Shown here: in pieces, positions 50,008 through 61,092 of the stretch
Numbering within the stretch: position 1 is the stretch's first letter
Layout: each line of letters opens with the position of its first letter
Origin: an uncultured Gammaproteobacteria bacterium
Lineage (GTDB): Bacteria; Patescibacteriota; Patescibacteriia; UBA2196; GWA2-42-15
DNA: 64,000 nt
Assembly: GCA_964573135.1 (NCBI GenBank)
Contig: CAZNIO010000005.1
Location: 3,362-67,361, forward strand
Reading direction: 5' to 3'
The notes under the pieces: generated by a model
What the model was told of the DNA's origin: nothing
What the model saw: the letters and a program-made list of their open reading frames with translations, nothing else
Databases searched by the model: none
Position numbers and translations under genes: made by a program

Positions 50008-53000
50008 TTACCTCACAACAATCTCTATCTCATCACTAGTAAGTTCATTACCCCCGTGGTCAGTAATAGTTAATGACGCGAAATAAATACCAGCCAATGG
50101 ATAACTATGTGTTCTCAAAATATGACTATCAATATCATCAGCAATAGTAGTTTCATAAGAATCATTATCACCAAAATCCAAAAAAACAAGCATTGGATAT
50201 TCACCCACTGAAACAAACACATCTGCGTCAAAATTAACAGTTAAAGGCGCTACTCCAAGTATAGGACTAGCAACAAAATCCTGAATAACCAATCCATTAT
50301 CAGGTATAACTGGTAGTATAACGGGTGGTTGATTTGCAGCCCTTATAACCAAAGTTACAGGTATTGTTGCAGTTCCTCCATTACTTAAAATCCGTAATTC
50401 ACCAGAATGATTACCAACAGACATTCCCGATATTCCTGCAACTGTTACTACTATTGGTTCGTCGTCTTTCCCGCCCATCGGATCAATCGTCATCCACGCC
50501 ACATCTTCTCTAACAGACCAGACCAAGACTCCTTCGCCATTGTTGGATATATTAATTATCTGATCGTTATCATCTACAGCCCCATCATTGATGGCTGTAA
50601 AAACCAACTCACTTTGGTCAAGGCTTAAAATAGGAGGGTTCTCAATGGCCCTTTTTTCCTTATAAACCACAACTCTCATCAGTGGCTCATGCCACTCATC
50701 CCTGCCCTGCCCCCAATTATCTTCAAGCTGAATTCTTATATTAAACTCACATTTACCAAGAGTATCATCACAAGCCGGATCACTCGCATCATATTTATAA
50801 TGATGCACTAAAATATGAGGATTACTCATATCGCGCCCAGCAATTCTAAGCCCAGCCTCTGTAGATTTTTCATCGTCTCCCCAATCAACTGTATATCGTA
50901 CCAAAGGAATTTGATTAGGATTAACAAATGAATCAAATTTGAGCACTGCAGTACCCTCAATAAATATGGTTCTATCTAAAAAATTACTATTATTAATTAA
51001 AATATTTTTAACCTGGGGCGGACTGCCATAATAGTCAGTTAAGTCATAATTATCCCTATTATTCATCTTCACATACCGATATCTGTGTATACCACTGGTG
51101 TTATCAAATTTCCACTCCCAAACATCAAATGATTTAGCAAATATCTTACTCAAATTATATTCACCCTTAGATAAATTCATCGGTCTTAACACGAGATCAG
51201 TATTAATTAAATCATTGCCACCCTGCCCCACGACCAAACTATTTAGCTTGTCAAATTCGTCATCCTCAGAAATATCATTAAAATACACTTGGGAAGCACT
51301 AATACCAACACATAATCCATACTTGCCAGTCACTATGTCCAGCTCGCAATCTTCTCTTCCATTTCGACAAGGCTGTCCAATTTTTGATCCTGAAACACAA
51401 GTAGCTGGACCAAAAAACTCAGGTGGTGGATTAGATAAGCTATATTTTTCACAAACGCTTGTAACACAATTACCCCTTATTAAACCATAAGCCCCACCTG
51501 CTCGTGGCTGATAAGGGCTCACTTCCCCCATTGTCTTATCAGCTGGCTCTACATAAATAGCGCTTGTCCATATTGACGGATCCTCAACAGGATCTGGCGG
51601 AATAATTGAACCAAATAGCATATAGTCATCACCTTTGGTATAACCCACCCATGATGGATCGTCAACATTCCCAGAATTCAATCTCTTCAGCCACGCCGCA
51701 TTAAAACCATCTAAATCAACCACTTGAGCAATTTTTAAACAAGGCTCGCTTAAATAAAAAGTTAAACTTAAGGTAGCTTTATCTGTCCCGTCACCTGAAT
51801 CTGATGGATCATCACACTCTTTAAAATAAATTTCATATAAATCCCCGGTATCTTCATAAAAACTTAATTTCATTCCCAAAAAATTACCTATCTTGCCATC
51901 ATTATCATTACCGCAATCCAGATAAGTATCACTAAATATATCTTCACCCTCTCTCTCTCCTTCATTATATTGAAAAACCCAAGTGTTACCCTCCCAAAAA
52001 TAACCTGTATACCCCATTTTATTTGATTCGCCACCTCTTGGAGCAGTTTCATTCATGCCTAAAGGCCCATCACTCTTGGCGTTCAACAAGCTCCCGCTCA
52101 AATTCCATTGGCTACCACTGCCATTAGTATGTAACCTAACTCCCAATATTTCACTCCGGTTCAACCTAGACCCATCAAAATTCCAAAATATATAGCTAGC
52201 TTCTCCAACATTACGATCCATAATTGTAACGGGATACTCATAAGTCACCCTATACTCTCCAGATTCATAAGGAGAAATATATGACTGTCTATCTTCTGTC
52301 TCCAAAATATTATTATCACTTTCTCTTCTACTTACCCACTCACACCCAGACTTAGTGTTACACACCTCTCGGGTTTTATTTCCCCCACACGTCATCTGTG
52401 GCGAACACGCCCCTAAGTCAACATTCTCCCTCTTGTAATTCCCAGCTGCTTCGAGACAATAGTATAATGGTTTTCTACCTGTATACCCAGCTACATCATC
52501 CACTCCAAAAACATTAGATTCACCTCGTACCACATCTACCGGCCACCACTGTAAACACATTGGCTGACTGGTATATTGTCTATCTGTCCATCCTGGATCA
52601 GGCTCCACGCAATAACCTTTCCACCCTTTATAATCTTTACCCTCATCTTCATCATAATAGTCGCATGCCGGTGCATTTTCACGCGGATAAAGACGACAAG
52701 AACGGGAAATAAAATTTAAATCATCTCCAATTTGTAAAGCACCTTTCATCGATACATTATCAAGATAAAAGGTATCCATATTTGCCTTAATATCACCACT
52801 TACAAAAGCAACGTTTAATTTATTCAAATTACTGCTCCCGCCATAGTCCACAGGTCCGTTCACTCGCATAATAAATTCCTGCCAATATGGCTCCAGCCTC
52901 ACCTTTTTCTTTACTGGGCTTACCAACGGATCTATTTCATTAAAATCATAATAAGTAAAAGGTATATAACCACCTGTTCCACCATCTCTATCCGGTGCCA

Positions 53001-55905
53001 ATTCTACTATAATATCCTGCCCATCCCAATTATCAGTTCGTGCCCTAAAACTAATAATATAATCCTTGCCAGCCTTAACCTCTTTAGCCAAACCCGTGAG
53101 CACAACACCTGGAAATGGCTGATCCTTATCAAGATCAACTTGCAATACTCGATTAGAAGTATTTCTTTCATCAATCACATTTAAAATATACTTATCAATA
53201 TTATTATAAGCTGACCATGGTCTAGTAGTACCATCTTCAAAATTAAAATTAGCAATATTAACTGGTACACCAGCTTCTGTCATACTACTATATGGATAAT
53301 TCCCCCGTATTTTAGCTTCAACACACTGGCCTTCGCCACACACGCTCTTGACTGATTGGCACGTCTCTAAACGGCAATCTCGATTAGAGGTACACGCTCC
53401 ATGACTGATGACACCCCCGCAATAACCACAAATTGATCCAGTATTACTACATCGATATCCCCAATCTAACCCCGCCTTAGAATAACCAGATAAATTAGCG
53501 ATGGATTCTGCATCGCCAGGATGCTGACGGGTTAGCTCGTTAGTTGATGAGTCAACACTATGTGCACAACCACCAGCCTCATCTAGTTCATCACACAATC
53601 CAACAGAAAAACACACTTCTTCATTACCTGGCTTTTGTCCCACTTGAAAAATTTCTGTATTCTGTCTTGGCACTTCAACATAAGCATTACAATATAGCCA
53701 CGTGTCACACGTCCTATCAGGATCAACCCGTAAAATAATATTAGAGTCCGGCGAAGATAACTCATCATCAGTTGTAAAAGTTAATACCTTAAAATCACAA
53801 GTAGCAGAAGAGGAGCATCCACCGCCAGCAGTCCGGTTTAGAGTCTCTTTTGTGGTATGCGAACTTATAACAACCCTATAATCTGTATCATCTAAAAGAC
53901 CTGTTAGTTTTACCTCGTGTCCTGATACTAACTCTGCCTTTTTTATCTCCGCATATTCTCCACCTGAAGGCCTATAATAAACAACAGTATTTGATAATCC
54001 ATTTTTGTTTATACCCTTTCTTGTCCACCATGAAACCACCGCACTATTAGCCTTAATTTTACTTTTAGGAACAATATGATCATAAATCTCCAACTTATCA
54101 ATTTGTACCGCTGTAAATTCACCACTCACAGGCGGAGTCAAGGATGTGAGCCCAGAACCACTAGCTCCATTACATATAATAGTATAATTATAAGCCTGAC
54201 CGGACGTTAACCCAATTACCTTATAACTATGAACTGTACTTGCGCTACTATCAATTGAAGGCGCTACCTGTCCACCCACCACATTCAATCTACAAATAGC
54301 ATCTAAGTTCGTCGAAAAACCGGCAGTGGCTGCTGTCTCACTTACTGTTATGTTTACCTGTCCATCTATAACTATCTCTTTTTTAATAATTTTATATATT
54401 CCTTCACCTTTACTAGAAATCAGCACTACATCATTACCGCTCTTTATTTGCGTACCATTCTCAAAAGTTATTTTAGTTGAATCAATTTCCACAAATTTCG
54501 CTCCAAAATCCATATCAGCCAATTTAACTTCCCCTGTTCCCCCTGTATATCCTCGTAATTTAATAGTTACTTTTCCACTACCAGCACTTTCCTCCGCAAC
54601 GCTATTAGCAATACTACTATTTACATCTAATCTATTATCACTCATGCTCCAGTGGCTATTAGTATAATCTAAAACCACATCAATATCTGTTACATTTGAA
54701 TTATTATTATTCAAAATTAATTCAATAGGTAAAGTTGTCCCAGCATTTACCGTCACCCGCGAAGGTGAAAGTAAAAGTGCTGCCGTACCAGGTGGCGGAG
54801 TAAAACAGTCTCGCGTACAACATCTATGAATTTCACTTAACCACATACTGCCAGGACACATCTCGTCTTGACTACAAATTTTTTCAGATGCACAAGTTAA
54901 ACACGCTTCCTCACAACACTCATTTATCTCATCCATCCAATTATTCTCAGGGCACAATTCATTCTGATCACATATATTATCTACAGAACATACAAAACAC
55001 GTCTGTCCACAACACCTAGTTGCTTCATCTAACCAAGTATTTACAGGGCACAATTCATTTTGCGCACAAACGTCTCCTGTGCAAACCACAGGTGGCTCAC
55101 AAGCCACCGCGCAACACCTCGTAGTCTCGTCCTCCCAATTATTACAAGTCTCCACCGAATTACACAACTCTCCGGAACAACCCTCCTCGCCTCCACCGCC
55201 GCCTCCCCCATCACAACTCAAGGTGATATCATAATTACCACCGCTACCGTCCACGGAATAATCCACACCTAATACAATCCCAGTCTCTTCCATGCCGAAA
55301 CCAGATGTCTGCTCCGACGCATCCCCTGATTGATTACCAAAAAACCTCATTTGAGTACTGCCACTCGCGCTTGGAGCCACTGTCACATTTAAAATTGCTA
55401 ACAACCTATTATCCTCATTCAGAGGTGACGAGGAAGCGCGTACTACCTGAATCAATCCCGCACCATCATCCACGAATTCAAGCGCATCTCCTCCTATACC
55501 ATAATGAGACAAACTACTATCAATAGATATATTACTAAATTTAGATGAGTCGTATGATATAAAAGAACCAGCAGTTATCACACCAAAACCATTCTGATTT
55601 GAATGATTAGCCGGATTAACATCTGTCATAATCCTAATAGAATAAGTTTGCCCACACTTCATCGTTCTATCCTCAATCTCCTGCCCCATCCCATCAGTTA
55701 ACCTCATCACTGGATCGCCAGATACAGCCAAAGCAAAAATTAATCCTAAAGCAAGCACTATTACCAACAAGGGCAACATAAAATATATCACCTTCTTTTT
55801 AGGAGACATCCATTTTATTTTCTGTTTCAACCTAAACCACCTTGAAGTCTTATATACCTCAAGGCTCTCAGGTGTTTGGCTATTCACATCGTTAACCTCT
55901 GGCAT
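50008..55905 (-). CDS. Giant (1965 aa) membrane-anchored Cys-rich surface protein with cohesin-like, FN3-like, CBM4/9-like, PKD and BACON-like domains
   Basis: N-terminal TM; YDSSKF and LDYTNSHW cohesin-like modules; CxxxExCP...RCC repeats; HSYKVIGLTSGQAYNYTI and HEVKLTGLLDDTDYRV (FN3); NFEDG...YIISFRAR...FYLDNV (CBM); YTVDWGD and LDFGD...THSYPLAGIY (PKD); ISNNGEGVLVWSV (BACON). Confidence 0.75.
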   Translation of the reverse strand: MPEVNDVNSQTPESLEVYKTSRWFRLKQKIKWMSPKKKVIYFMLPLLVIVLALGLIFALAVSGDPVMRLTDGMGQEIEDRTMKCGQTYSIRIMTDVNPANHSNQNGFGVITAGSFISYDSSKFSNISIDSSLSHYGIGGDALEFVDDGAGLIQVVRASSSPLNEDNRLLAILNVTVAPSASGSTQMRFFGNQSGDASEQTSGFGMEETGIVLGVDYSVDGSGGNYDITLSCDGGGGGGGEEGCSGELCNSVETCNNWEDETTRCCAVACEPPVVCTGDVCAQNELCPVNTWLDEATRCCGQTCFVCSVDNICDQNELCPENNWMDEINECCEEACLTCASEKICSQDEMCPGSMWLSEIHRCCTRDCFTPPPGTAALLLSPSRVTVNAGTTLPIELILNNNNSNVTDIDVVLDYTNSHWSMSDNRLDVNSSIANSVAEESAGSGKVTIKLRGYTGGTGEVKLADMDFGAKFVEIDSTKITFENGTQIKSGNDVVLISSKGEGIYKIIKKEIVIDGQVNITVSETAATAGFSTNLDAICRLNVVGGQVAPSIDSSASTVHSYKVIGLTSGQAYNYTIICNGASGSGLTSLTPPVSGEFTAVQIDKLEIYDHIVPKSKIKANSAVVSWWTRKGINKNGLSNTVVYYRPSGGEYAEIKKAELVSGHEVKLTGLLDDTDYRVVISSHTTKETLNRTAGGGCSSSATCDFKVLTFTTDDELSSPDSNIILRVDPDRTCDTWLYCNAYVEVPRQNTEIFQVGQKPGNEEVCFSVGLCDELDEAGGCAHSVDSSTNELTRQHPGDAESIANLSGYSKAGLDWGYRCSNTGSICGYCGGVISHGACTSNRDCRLETCQSVKSVCGEGQCVEAKIRGNYPYSSMTEAGVPVNIANFNFEDGTTRPWSAYNNIDKYILNVIDERNTSNRVLQVDLDKDQPFPGVVLTGLAKEVKAGKDYIISFRARTDNWDGQDIIVELAPDRDGGTGGYIPFTYYDFNEIDPLVSPVKKKVRLEPYWQEFIMRVNGPVDYGGSSNLNKLNVAFVSGDIKANMDTFYLDNVSMKGALQIGDDLNFISRSCRLYPRENAPACDYYDEDEGKDYKGWKGYCVEPDPGWTDRQYTSQPMCLQWWPVDVVRGESNVFGVDDVAGYTGRKPLYYCLEAAGNYKRENVDLGACSPQMTCGGNKTREVCNTKSGCEWVSRRESDNNILETEDRQSYISPYESGEYRVTYEYPVTIMDRNVGEASYIFWNFDGSRLNRSEILGVRLHTNGSGSQWNLSGSLLNAKSDGPLGMNETAPRGGESNKMGYTGYFWEGNTWVFQYNEGEREGEDIFSDTYLDCGNDNDGKIGNFLGMKLSFYEDTGDLYEIYFKECDDPSDSGDGTDKATLSLTFYLSEPCLKIAQVVDLDGFNAAWLKRLNSGNVDDPSWVGYTKGDDYMLFGSIIPPDPVEDPSIWTSAIYVEPADKTMGEVSPYQPRAGGAYGLIRGNCVTSVCEKYSLSNPPPEFFGPATCVSGSKIGQPCRNGREDCELDIVTGKYGLCVGISASQVYFNDISEDDEFDKLNSLVVGQGGNDLINTDLVLRPMNLSKGEYNLSKIFAKSFDVWEWKFDNTSGIHRYRYVKMNNRDNYDLTDYYGSPPQVKNILINNSNFLDRTIFIEGTAVLKFDSFVNPNQIPLVRYTVDWGDDEKSTEAGLRIAGRDMSNPHILVHHYKYDASDPACDDTLGKCEFNIRIQLEDNWGQGRDEWHEPLMRVVVYKEKRAIENPPILSLDQSELVFTAINDGAVDDNDQIINISNNGEGVLVWSVREDVAWMTIDPMGGKDDEPIVVTVAGISGMSVGNHSGELRILSNGGTATIPVTLVIRAANQPPVILPVIPDNGLVIQDFVASPILGVAPLTVNFDADVFVSVGEYPMLVFLDFGDNDSYETTIADDIDSHILRTHSYPLAGIYFASLTITDHGGNELTSDEIEIVVR

Positions 55906-55911
55906 AGTTGC

Positions 55912-56544
55912 CTAATTAATTAAAAAATTTAAATCCATTAAGTCAAGATTCATCAAAGTTGCCTGCCCATCATCAACTGCCACTTGAGTCTCCTGATTAT
56001 CAAGCCAGACTCTTGCCTCACCAGATTCTAGAGCGCGTAAAACAACGCTACTCAAAATACCATCACTCCCAGTATATCCGTCATCACTATCATCCACGTT
56101 ATTATCCCCTGGCTCACCTCTCACAATCTCCACATACCCATCTTCTTTGTTCTCAATGGCTCCAATAGATAAAACTGAATTTTCACTGTCCACTTCAACT
56201 ACCTCCCATTTACTCTTATCGTAATTTAATCTAATATTAACCGCTACTATATTTGTACCCAAAGTATCAAGCAAAACATTAGCTACTATCTCATCCCCAA
56301 CCTTCACTTCATTAACCATCGACTCTAAGTACATTTTACCCGCATAATCGCCAACTGGCTCTTGCTTATCATCAACTACAACTACCTCTACCTCTTCTTG
56401 CGGTTTATTAAAAATTAATATACCACCGATAACAATCAGGATAATAAGGACAATCAAACCAGGAATCCATACCTTTTTATTCTTCAACATGCCACAGCAC
56501 TTCTTCTCCTCCACTTCCCCCTCTTTTTTTTCTAAATTTTCCAT
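55912..56544 (-). CDS. Membrane-anchored cohesin-domain protein
   Basis: TM then VKVGDEIVANVLLDT...LNYDKSKWEV...GILSSVVLRALESGEA. Confidence 0.7.
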   Translation of the reverse strand: MENLEKKEGEVEEKKCCGMLKNKKVWIPGLIVLIILIVIGGILIFNKPQEEVEVVVVDDKQEPVGDYAGKMYLESMVNEVKVGDEIVANVLLDTLGTNIVAVNIRLNYDKSKWEVVEVDSENSVLSIGAIENKEDGYVEIVRGEPGDNNVDDSDDGYTGSDGILSSVVLRALESGEARVWLDNQETQVAVDDGQATLMNLDLMDLNFLIN

Positions 56545-56566
56545 ATAATTATATATTAATTAAAAA

Positions 56567-59500
56567 TTAATTTGCTATCGGCATTGGCACGTTATAGCTG
56601 CAAATACCACTCAATTGACGATTAAATACCTTACAATCATTAATTGTCCGACAAGTCCTCCCCCATATATTACTACAAGTATTTGTCTTTGAATTGCAAC
56701 TACCAGTCTCGCCAGAAGCCACACAGTCACTATCCATCTCACACGGCTGATAAGGCGAAATAAAATTAGAACAATGCTTAGTACTAAAATATTTAAAATC
56801 TCCTCCGCCAACTTCATTAAATGGCAAACATCCTTTGCTTGGATCAACAGTGGTACAAGTATCCAGCGTATTGCTTAGATAATAATAATAATCGCAATAA
56901 GGATCCACGCCATATTCTCCATAAACAGATAATTTATCACATCCCTTAGGTCTTGAACGATCTTGAAATTCAGTACACGTATCCTGACCTACAGGGCAAG
57001 TGGCCGTCCAGCCACTGCATAATCCAGGAGAAGTTCCACGCGCATAATCTGCACACTCATCATTGCTTGAACACACATTCTCATTTACTCCCCCCAAATT
57101 ATTATTTGGCATACTTCTACCGCCCATGCAGTACCCTTCTTCACCGCCAAATACAAAGGGACAAAATTCAAGAGTTCCTATCTTATACCATGCATAACTA
57201 TTGTTATCATCTTTCTTGTACTCACACTCTTTACCATGAGGGTCTTCAAAATATTCCAATGCTCCAGAACTATCCATAAATTCATCACACCACATCTTAT
57301 CTGATGTGCATAAAGGACTTCCAGGAGTAGAAAAATCGTCTGGATCAACTATCATATATTTTGTTTCATAACTTATATAGCCGCTCAAACCAGAAACATC
57401 TGGCCACATCATACCAAGGGACATGCACCCATTGGTCGTACATTTCTTGCTTTCATCATAAACAATATATTCCAAAGAATCAGCTAAAACTGTAACTAAA
57501 CCATATGTTTCCCCTTCATGATTACTAGAATTTTTTGTATCAATCATTGGCTCACATCCGACCACCTCATCTCTGCATAATCCATCAAATGATTTTAGAT
57601 AAACTTCTCTATTTCTCATATCCTTATATTTCTCACAACCCACCATAGATCCTTCTGCTGGCTCATCACACGAGTCAGGCGTAACCCACGAATCACGAAT
57701 TAAATACAGGCTATCTTGAGTTTCAGTTAAGACAATGTTGTCGATATAAAATCCACTACCAGAATCAAGCATAATAGATAAAAGTTCTTTGCCCATCAAG
57801 TCTCTATCCAAGCTCTTTATATCAAACATATAGAATCCCCAATCTTCAGTTAAACTCACATCAGTTGACCCTTCAAATTCAGGATTACCAGTAAAAGAAA
57901 CTTCGCTAATTACTGCCGCTGTCTCAGCTCGTGCCCAAAATGATATTCTGTATGCTCGTCCCTGCTCTATAGCTCCAGTCACGTCTTTGGCAATACCATA
58001 AGTTGAAAACAAAGAATGACCACCCACTATTAAAGAGGTATTATCAGGCGTTCCGCCCTCCCAGTCTTGCTTAGTACCGTCTTCAAAATCATCATACAAT
58101 AAATTCGTCGTATTATTGCTCTTACTTCCCTTGTATTCTCGACAACCAACCGATCTAGCACCACACGTATCGCTTTGAGATAAAATAGCAGCATAATATG
58201 TCTGATCCTCTGTTCTGCGTAACAAAGTACAATCCTTAGAAGCAAAAACCACTTTTGACTGCTCAATCTTATACTTACTACCGCTTAAATCAGTAAACTC
58301 AATGCATTCTGGACTATAATCAATATCACCCACATTAGTTGAACAGCTATCAATACTTGTATCAGCACAAGTCACCTCGCCATTTGCCGTCGTTATTGGA
58401 TTTGTACATGGAGCATCACCCAAATTAGATTTAAGCAAAGACCAACTACGTAATCTATTTCCTCCCACTTTTTCCGTTGACTCCCAAGTATAATAGACGC
58501 TCACTCCAGATTCACCTGGACCCACACATGCTCGCAAATATGAATAATTTTCTATTCGTTCTCCCTCAATTCCCTCTGATAAATTAGTAAATTCTTCACA
58601 CCCCACATCAGCTGCCGGACAAGTCGAAGCCGTTGTATCAATTAAATTAACAAATTCATCAGTTGCCTCTGGTGGATCAAAAAATGTAGTTTTCTCAACA
58701 TATGTCTTATACCCAACACATTCACCGGGACACTTGTCGTCTTCTACCACAACTCCAGGCACGTCTGGACCCAAATATGATATTGGTTTATAAAACTCAC
58801 AATTAGCATCGCTTGAATTACAATACAAAGCATAACTTGCACACTCAAGAACCCCACTCTCCACACATGCCTGTATATCCTCACGCCACAAATAACCTGC
58901 CATCTGACAACCCTCTTCATCCTGCGCAACACCCTCAGCAACATCAGTAAATCCCTGGCAACTCAAATAGCTAGGAGCTTTACGCAAATTAATAGGATAA
59001 ACGGACTCATAAACTTCAATAGCACTAAATGTACCGGCCACTACTGCATCTAGATCAGCTTGTGACCCTATCCTATAAAATAAGCTACATCCTTCTTCCT
59101 CGGGAGAGCACTCCTTATCACTTGCATTTCGATTTAAATACTTTCTTTCGTTGTTTGGATCATCGCAACCCCACCCTCCATTATCCACATCAAAATAAGC
59201 ACAATATTCACGACACCCGGCATTAGAAGCATCACACGCCCCATCACTTCTACCCCGCAGAGTATTTGTTAAATAATTAACCTGTCCCCCAGCTCTTGTA
59301 GTAAATGATTTACATGTGTTATAAACCGCTGAACATTCTGTACCGTGTATATCCCAAACTGATTTTTCCTCAACACAATAACCATAGAAATCACATCGAG
59401 AACCATCTGCACTTTCCTTAATACAAGCCCTCTCATCAGCACAATACTCAGAGTTCCTATACACTACCATTTTGTCCTCATCGCGAGGATCGACATGAGT

Positions 59501-61060
59501 AGATACAACATGTTCGCCAGACCCTTCTCTGCGACACACAGTTTCCGGCACTTTAACTACCCAGCTTGGATCAACTAATTTATAATATGGCGACTGTGGA
59601 TTGTTATAATCATTAATTAATTTACTTAAAGTTAAAGGCCCCCCTGAATTATCAAATTGCCTAAAATATTCTGCAGCCAACTCCCAACCAACTGGTATTA
59701 TCCTATATTTGCGCATAATAACTAAGGAACGATACGAATATATCCGTTCACCAGCATCCTCTATCCCGCCTGTCTTGTCAGCCCGATAACCAAAATCCCA
59801 GTTACCATGTAAAAAATCTTCGTCCAATGCCTGACGAACAGTTAAAGGTGGCTCTTGCAAAAGAGCCGTCTCAAGCGATTGATCAACAGTACACGCATAC
59901 TGGCTTACTTCATTATTACAACTCAAACTATTAACTACATCATAGGGGCCACTAAAAACATAATCTGGCCTACCTAGATCAGCATATATCTCCTCAGCTG
60001 CTGCTCGTCCACTAGCTTTTAACAAGCTCAACCCTGACAAGCCAGGAATATTTGAAATATTTTTTCCATTTCCATCAGGATTAAACCCACGTTTAAAAAT
60101 ATTACTTATTACCCTGCTGGTCAAAGTATTAGTAAATATACCGATAGCGTCAGCTGCAGCCTCCCCTGTATATATCCCATAAGGAATAAGTGACTGATCA
60201 ATCCAAGAAACAGCTCGTGAGCTATACATTTGTGCTACAGTTATTGTATTACCACTCACTTTACTAGTTTTAGACTTAAACTCACCCTCAGCAGTTTTCT
60301 TCAATTTAAGAACCTCCAAAACATCAAACTTTTTCTGATGAGCCCCCGATATAATGGTTAAAGTTTGCCCCAATTCATTGCCAGAAGGGTTAAAAAAAGA
60401 AGAAAATTCAACTAGCTGACTGATATTTAAATGCTCAAGGTCTTTAATATTTTTCAAAATAGTTTTCCAACTACACCTAGGTGGCCCAGGCGCCCACACT
60501 CTTCTAGCCGTTGTCTCAACACGCACCTTAGCCAAAGGGTTTAAGGGCTTGCATAAATCTTTACCCCACATTCTACCGATTGTATTATTTAAATAGTCAC
60601 CCACTGCCCCTTGCCATTCATCATCAATAAGTTTTTTCCAGTTAGTCTCAATCGCTGGTTTTTGACCGTTTATATCAGTAGCAAGATCAATGGCTCCCTG
60701 ATAAGCAATACGAGATAACATCCTTTGTAAAGCATTCTTATATGCTATAGCGCCCACCTTCTTAAAAGCATCTTTAAATTTCTGCCACAAACTTGTTTTA
60801 ATTTTATCCACATAAGTTATTCCCATCTCCTGCATTTTTAACTGCGTTAACGGAATATCCATAACAGGAGTAAAAGGAAGAAATTGAGCATTGGCAACCG
60901 ATCTAAGCTCAACACGATCTCCGCCCTCTTCTTTCATCAATACACTAGGCGACACAAAAAACACTCCCAAACTAGAAAACACAAAAATCAAAAAAAACCA
61001 AACAGCCAAAGCTCTTTTTATATTTCTGGTCTTTTTTAATTTTTTAATATAGTCCAGCAT
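56567..61060 (-). CDS. Large (1497 aa) Cys-rich surface protein with a CBM4/9-like domain
   Basis: N-terminal TM, helical region, dozens of Cys in repeated C-x-x-x-x-x-GC-x-x-Y/F units, DDFEDG...YRISFWAR...FYIDNI module. Confidence 0.75.
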   Translation of the reverse strand: MLDYIKKLKKTRNIKRALAVWFFLIFVFSSLGVFFVSPSVLMKEEGGDRVELRSVANAQFLPFTPVMDIPLTQLKMQEMGITYVDKIKTSLWQKFKDAFKKVGAIAYKNALQRMLSRIAYQGAIDLATDINGQKPAIETNWKKLIDDEWQGAVGDYLNNTIGRMWGKDLCKPLNPLAKVRVETTARRVWAPGPPRCSWKTILKNIKDLEHLNISQLVEFSSFFNPSGNELGQTLTIISGAHQKKFDVLEVLKLKKTAEGEFKSKTSKVSGNTITVAQMYSSRAVSWIDQSLIPYGIYTGEAAADAIGIFTNTLTSRVISNIFKRGFNPDGNGKNISNIPGLSGLSLLKASGRAAAEEIYADLGRPDYVFSGPYDVVNSLSCNNEVSQYACTVDQSLETALLQEPPLTVRQALDEDFLHGNWDFGYRADKTGGIEDAGERIYSYRSLVIMRKYRIIPVGWELAAEYFRQFDNSGGPLTLSKLINDYNNPQSPYYKLVDPSWVVKVPETVCRREGSGEHVVSTHVDPRDEDKMVVYRNSEYCADERACIKESADGSRCDFYGYCVEEKSVWDIHGTECSAVYNTCKSFTTRAGGQVNYLTNTLRGRSDGACDASNAGCREYCAYFDVDNGGWGCDDPNNERKYLNRNASDKECSPEEEGCSLFYRIGSQADLDAVVAGTFSAIEVYESVYPINLRKAPSYLSCQGFTDVAEGVAQDEEGCQMAGYLWREDIQACVESGVLECASYALYCNSSDANCEFYKPISYLGPDVPGVVVEDDKCPGECVGYKTYVEKTTFFDPPEATDEFVNLIDTTASTCPAADVGCEEFTNLSEGIEGERIENYSYLRACVGPGESGVSVYYTWESTEKVGGNRLRSWSLLKSNLGDAPCTNPITTANGEVTCADTSIDSCSTNVGDIDYSPECIEFTDLSGSKYKIEQSKVVFASKDCTLLRRTEDQTYYAAILSQSDTCGARSVGCREYKGSKSNNTTNLLYDDFEDGTKQDWEGGTPDNTSLIVGGHSLFSTYGIAKDVTGAIEQGRAYRISFWARAETAAVISEVSFTGNPEFEGSTDVSLTEDWGFYMFDIKSLDRDLMGKELLSIMLDSGSGFYIDNIVLTETQDSLYLIRDSWVTPDSCDEPAEGSMVGCEKYKDMRNREVYLKSFDGLCRDEVVGCEPMIDTKNSSNHEGETYGLVTVLADSLEYIVYDESKKCTTNGCMSLGMMWPDVSGLSGYISYETKYMIVDPDDFSTPGSPLCTSDKMWCDEFMDSSGALEYFEDPHGKECEYKKDDNNSYAWYKIGTLEFCPFVFGGEEGYCMGGRSMPNNNLGGVNENVCSSNDECADYARGTSPGLCSGWTATCPVGQDTCTEFQDRSRPKGCDKLSVYGEYGVDPYCDYYYYLSNTLDTCTTVDPSKGCLPFNEVGGGDFKYFSTKHCSNFISPYQPCEMDSDCVASGETGSCNSKTNTCSNIWGRTCRTINDCKVFNRQLSGICSYNVPMPIAN

Positions 61061-61092
61061 CTAAGTATATTAAAAATAAATTTTAACTTCTC

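Noticed and set aside
50407-59226. Numerous 60-130 aa antisense or alternate-frame ORFs within the giant surface genes (and similar ones elsewhere)
   Set aside because: Fully nested in long, motif-supported CDSs; their composition reflects the opposite strand or frame.
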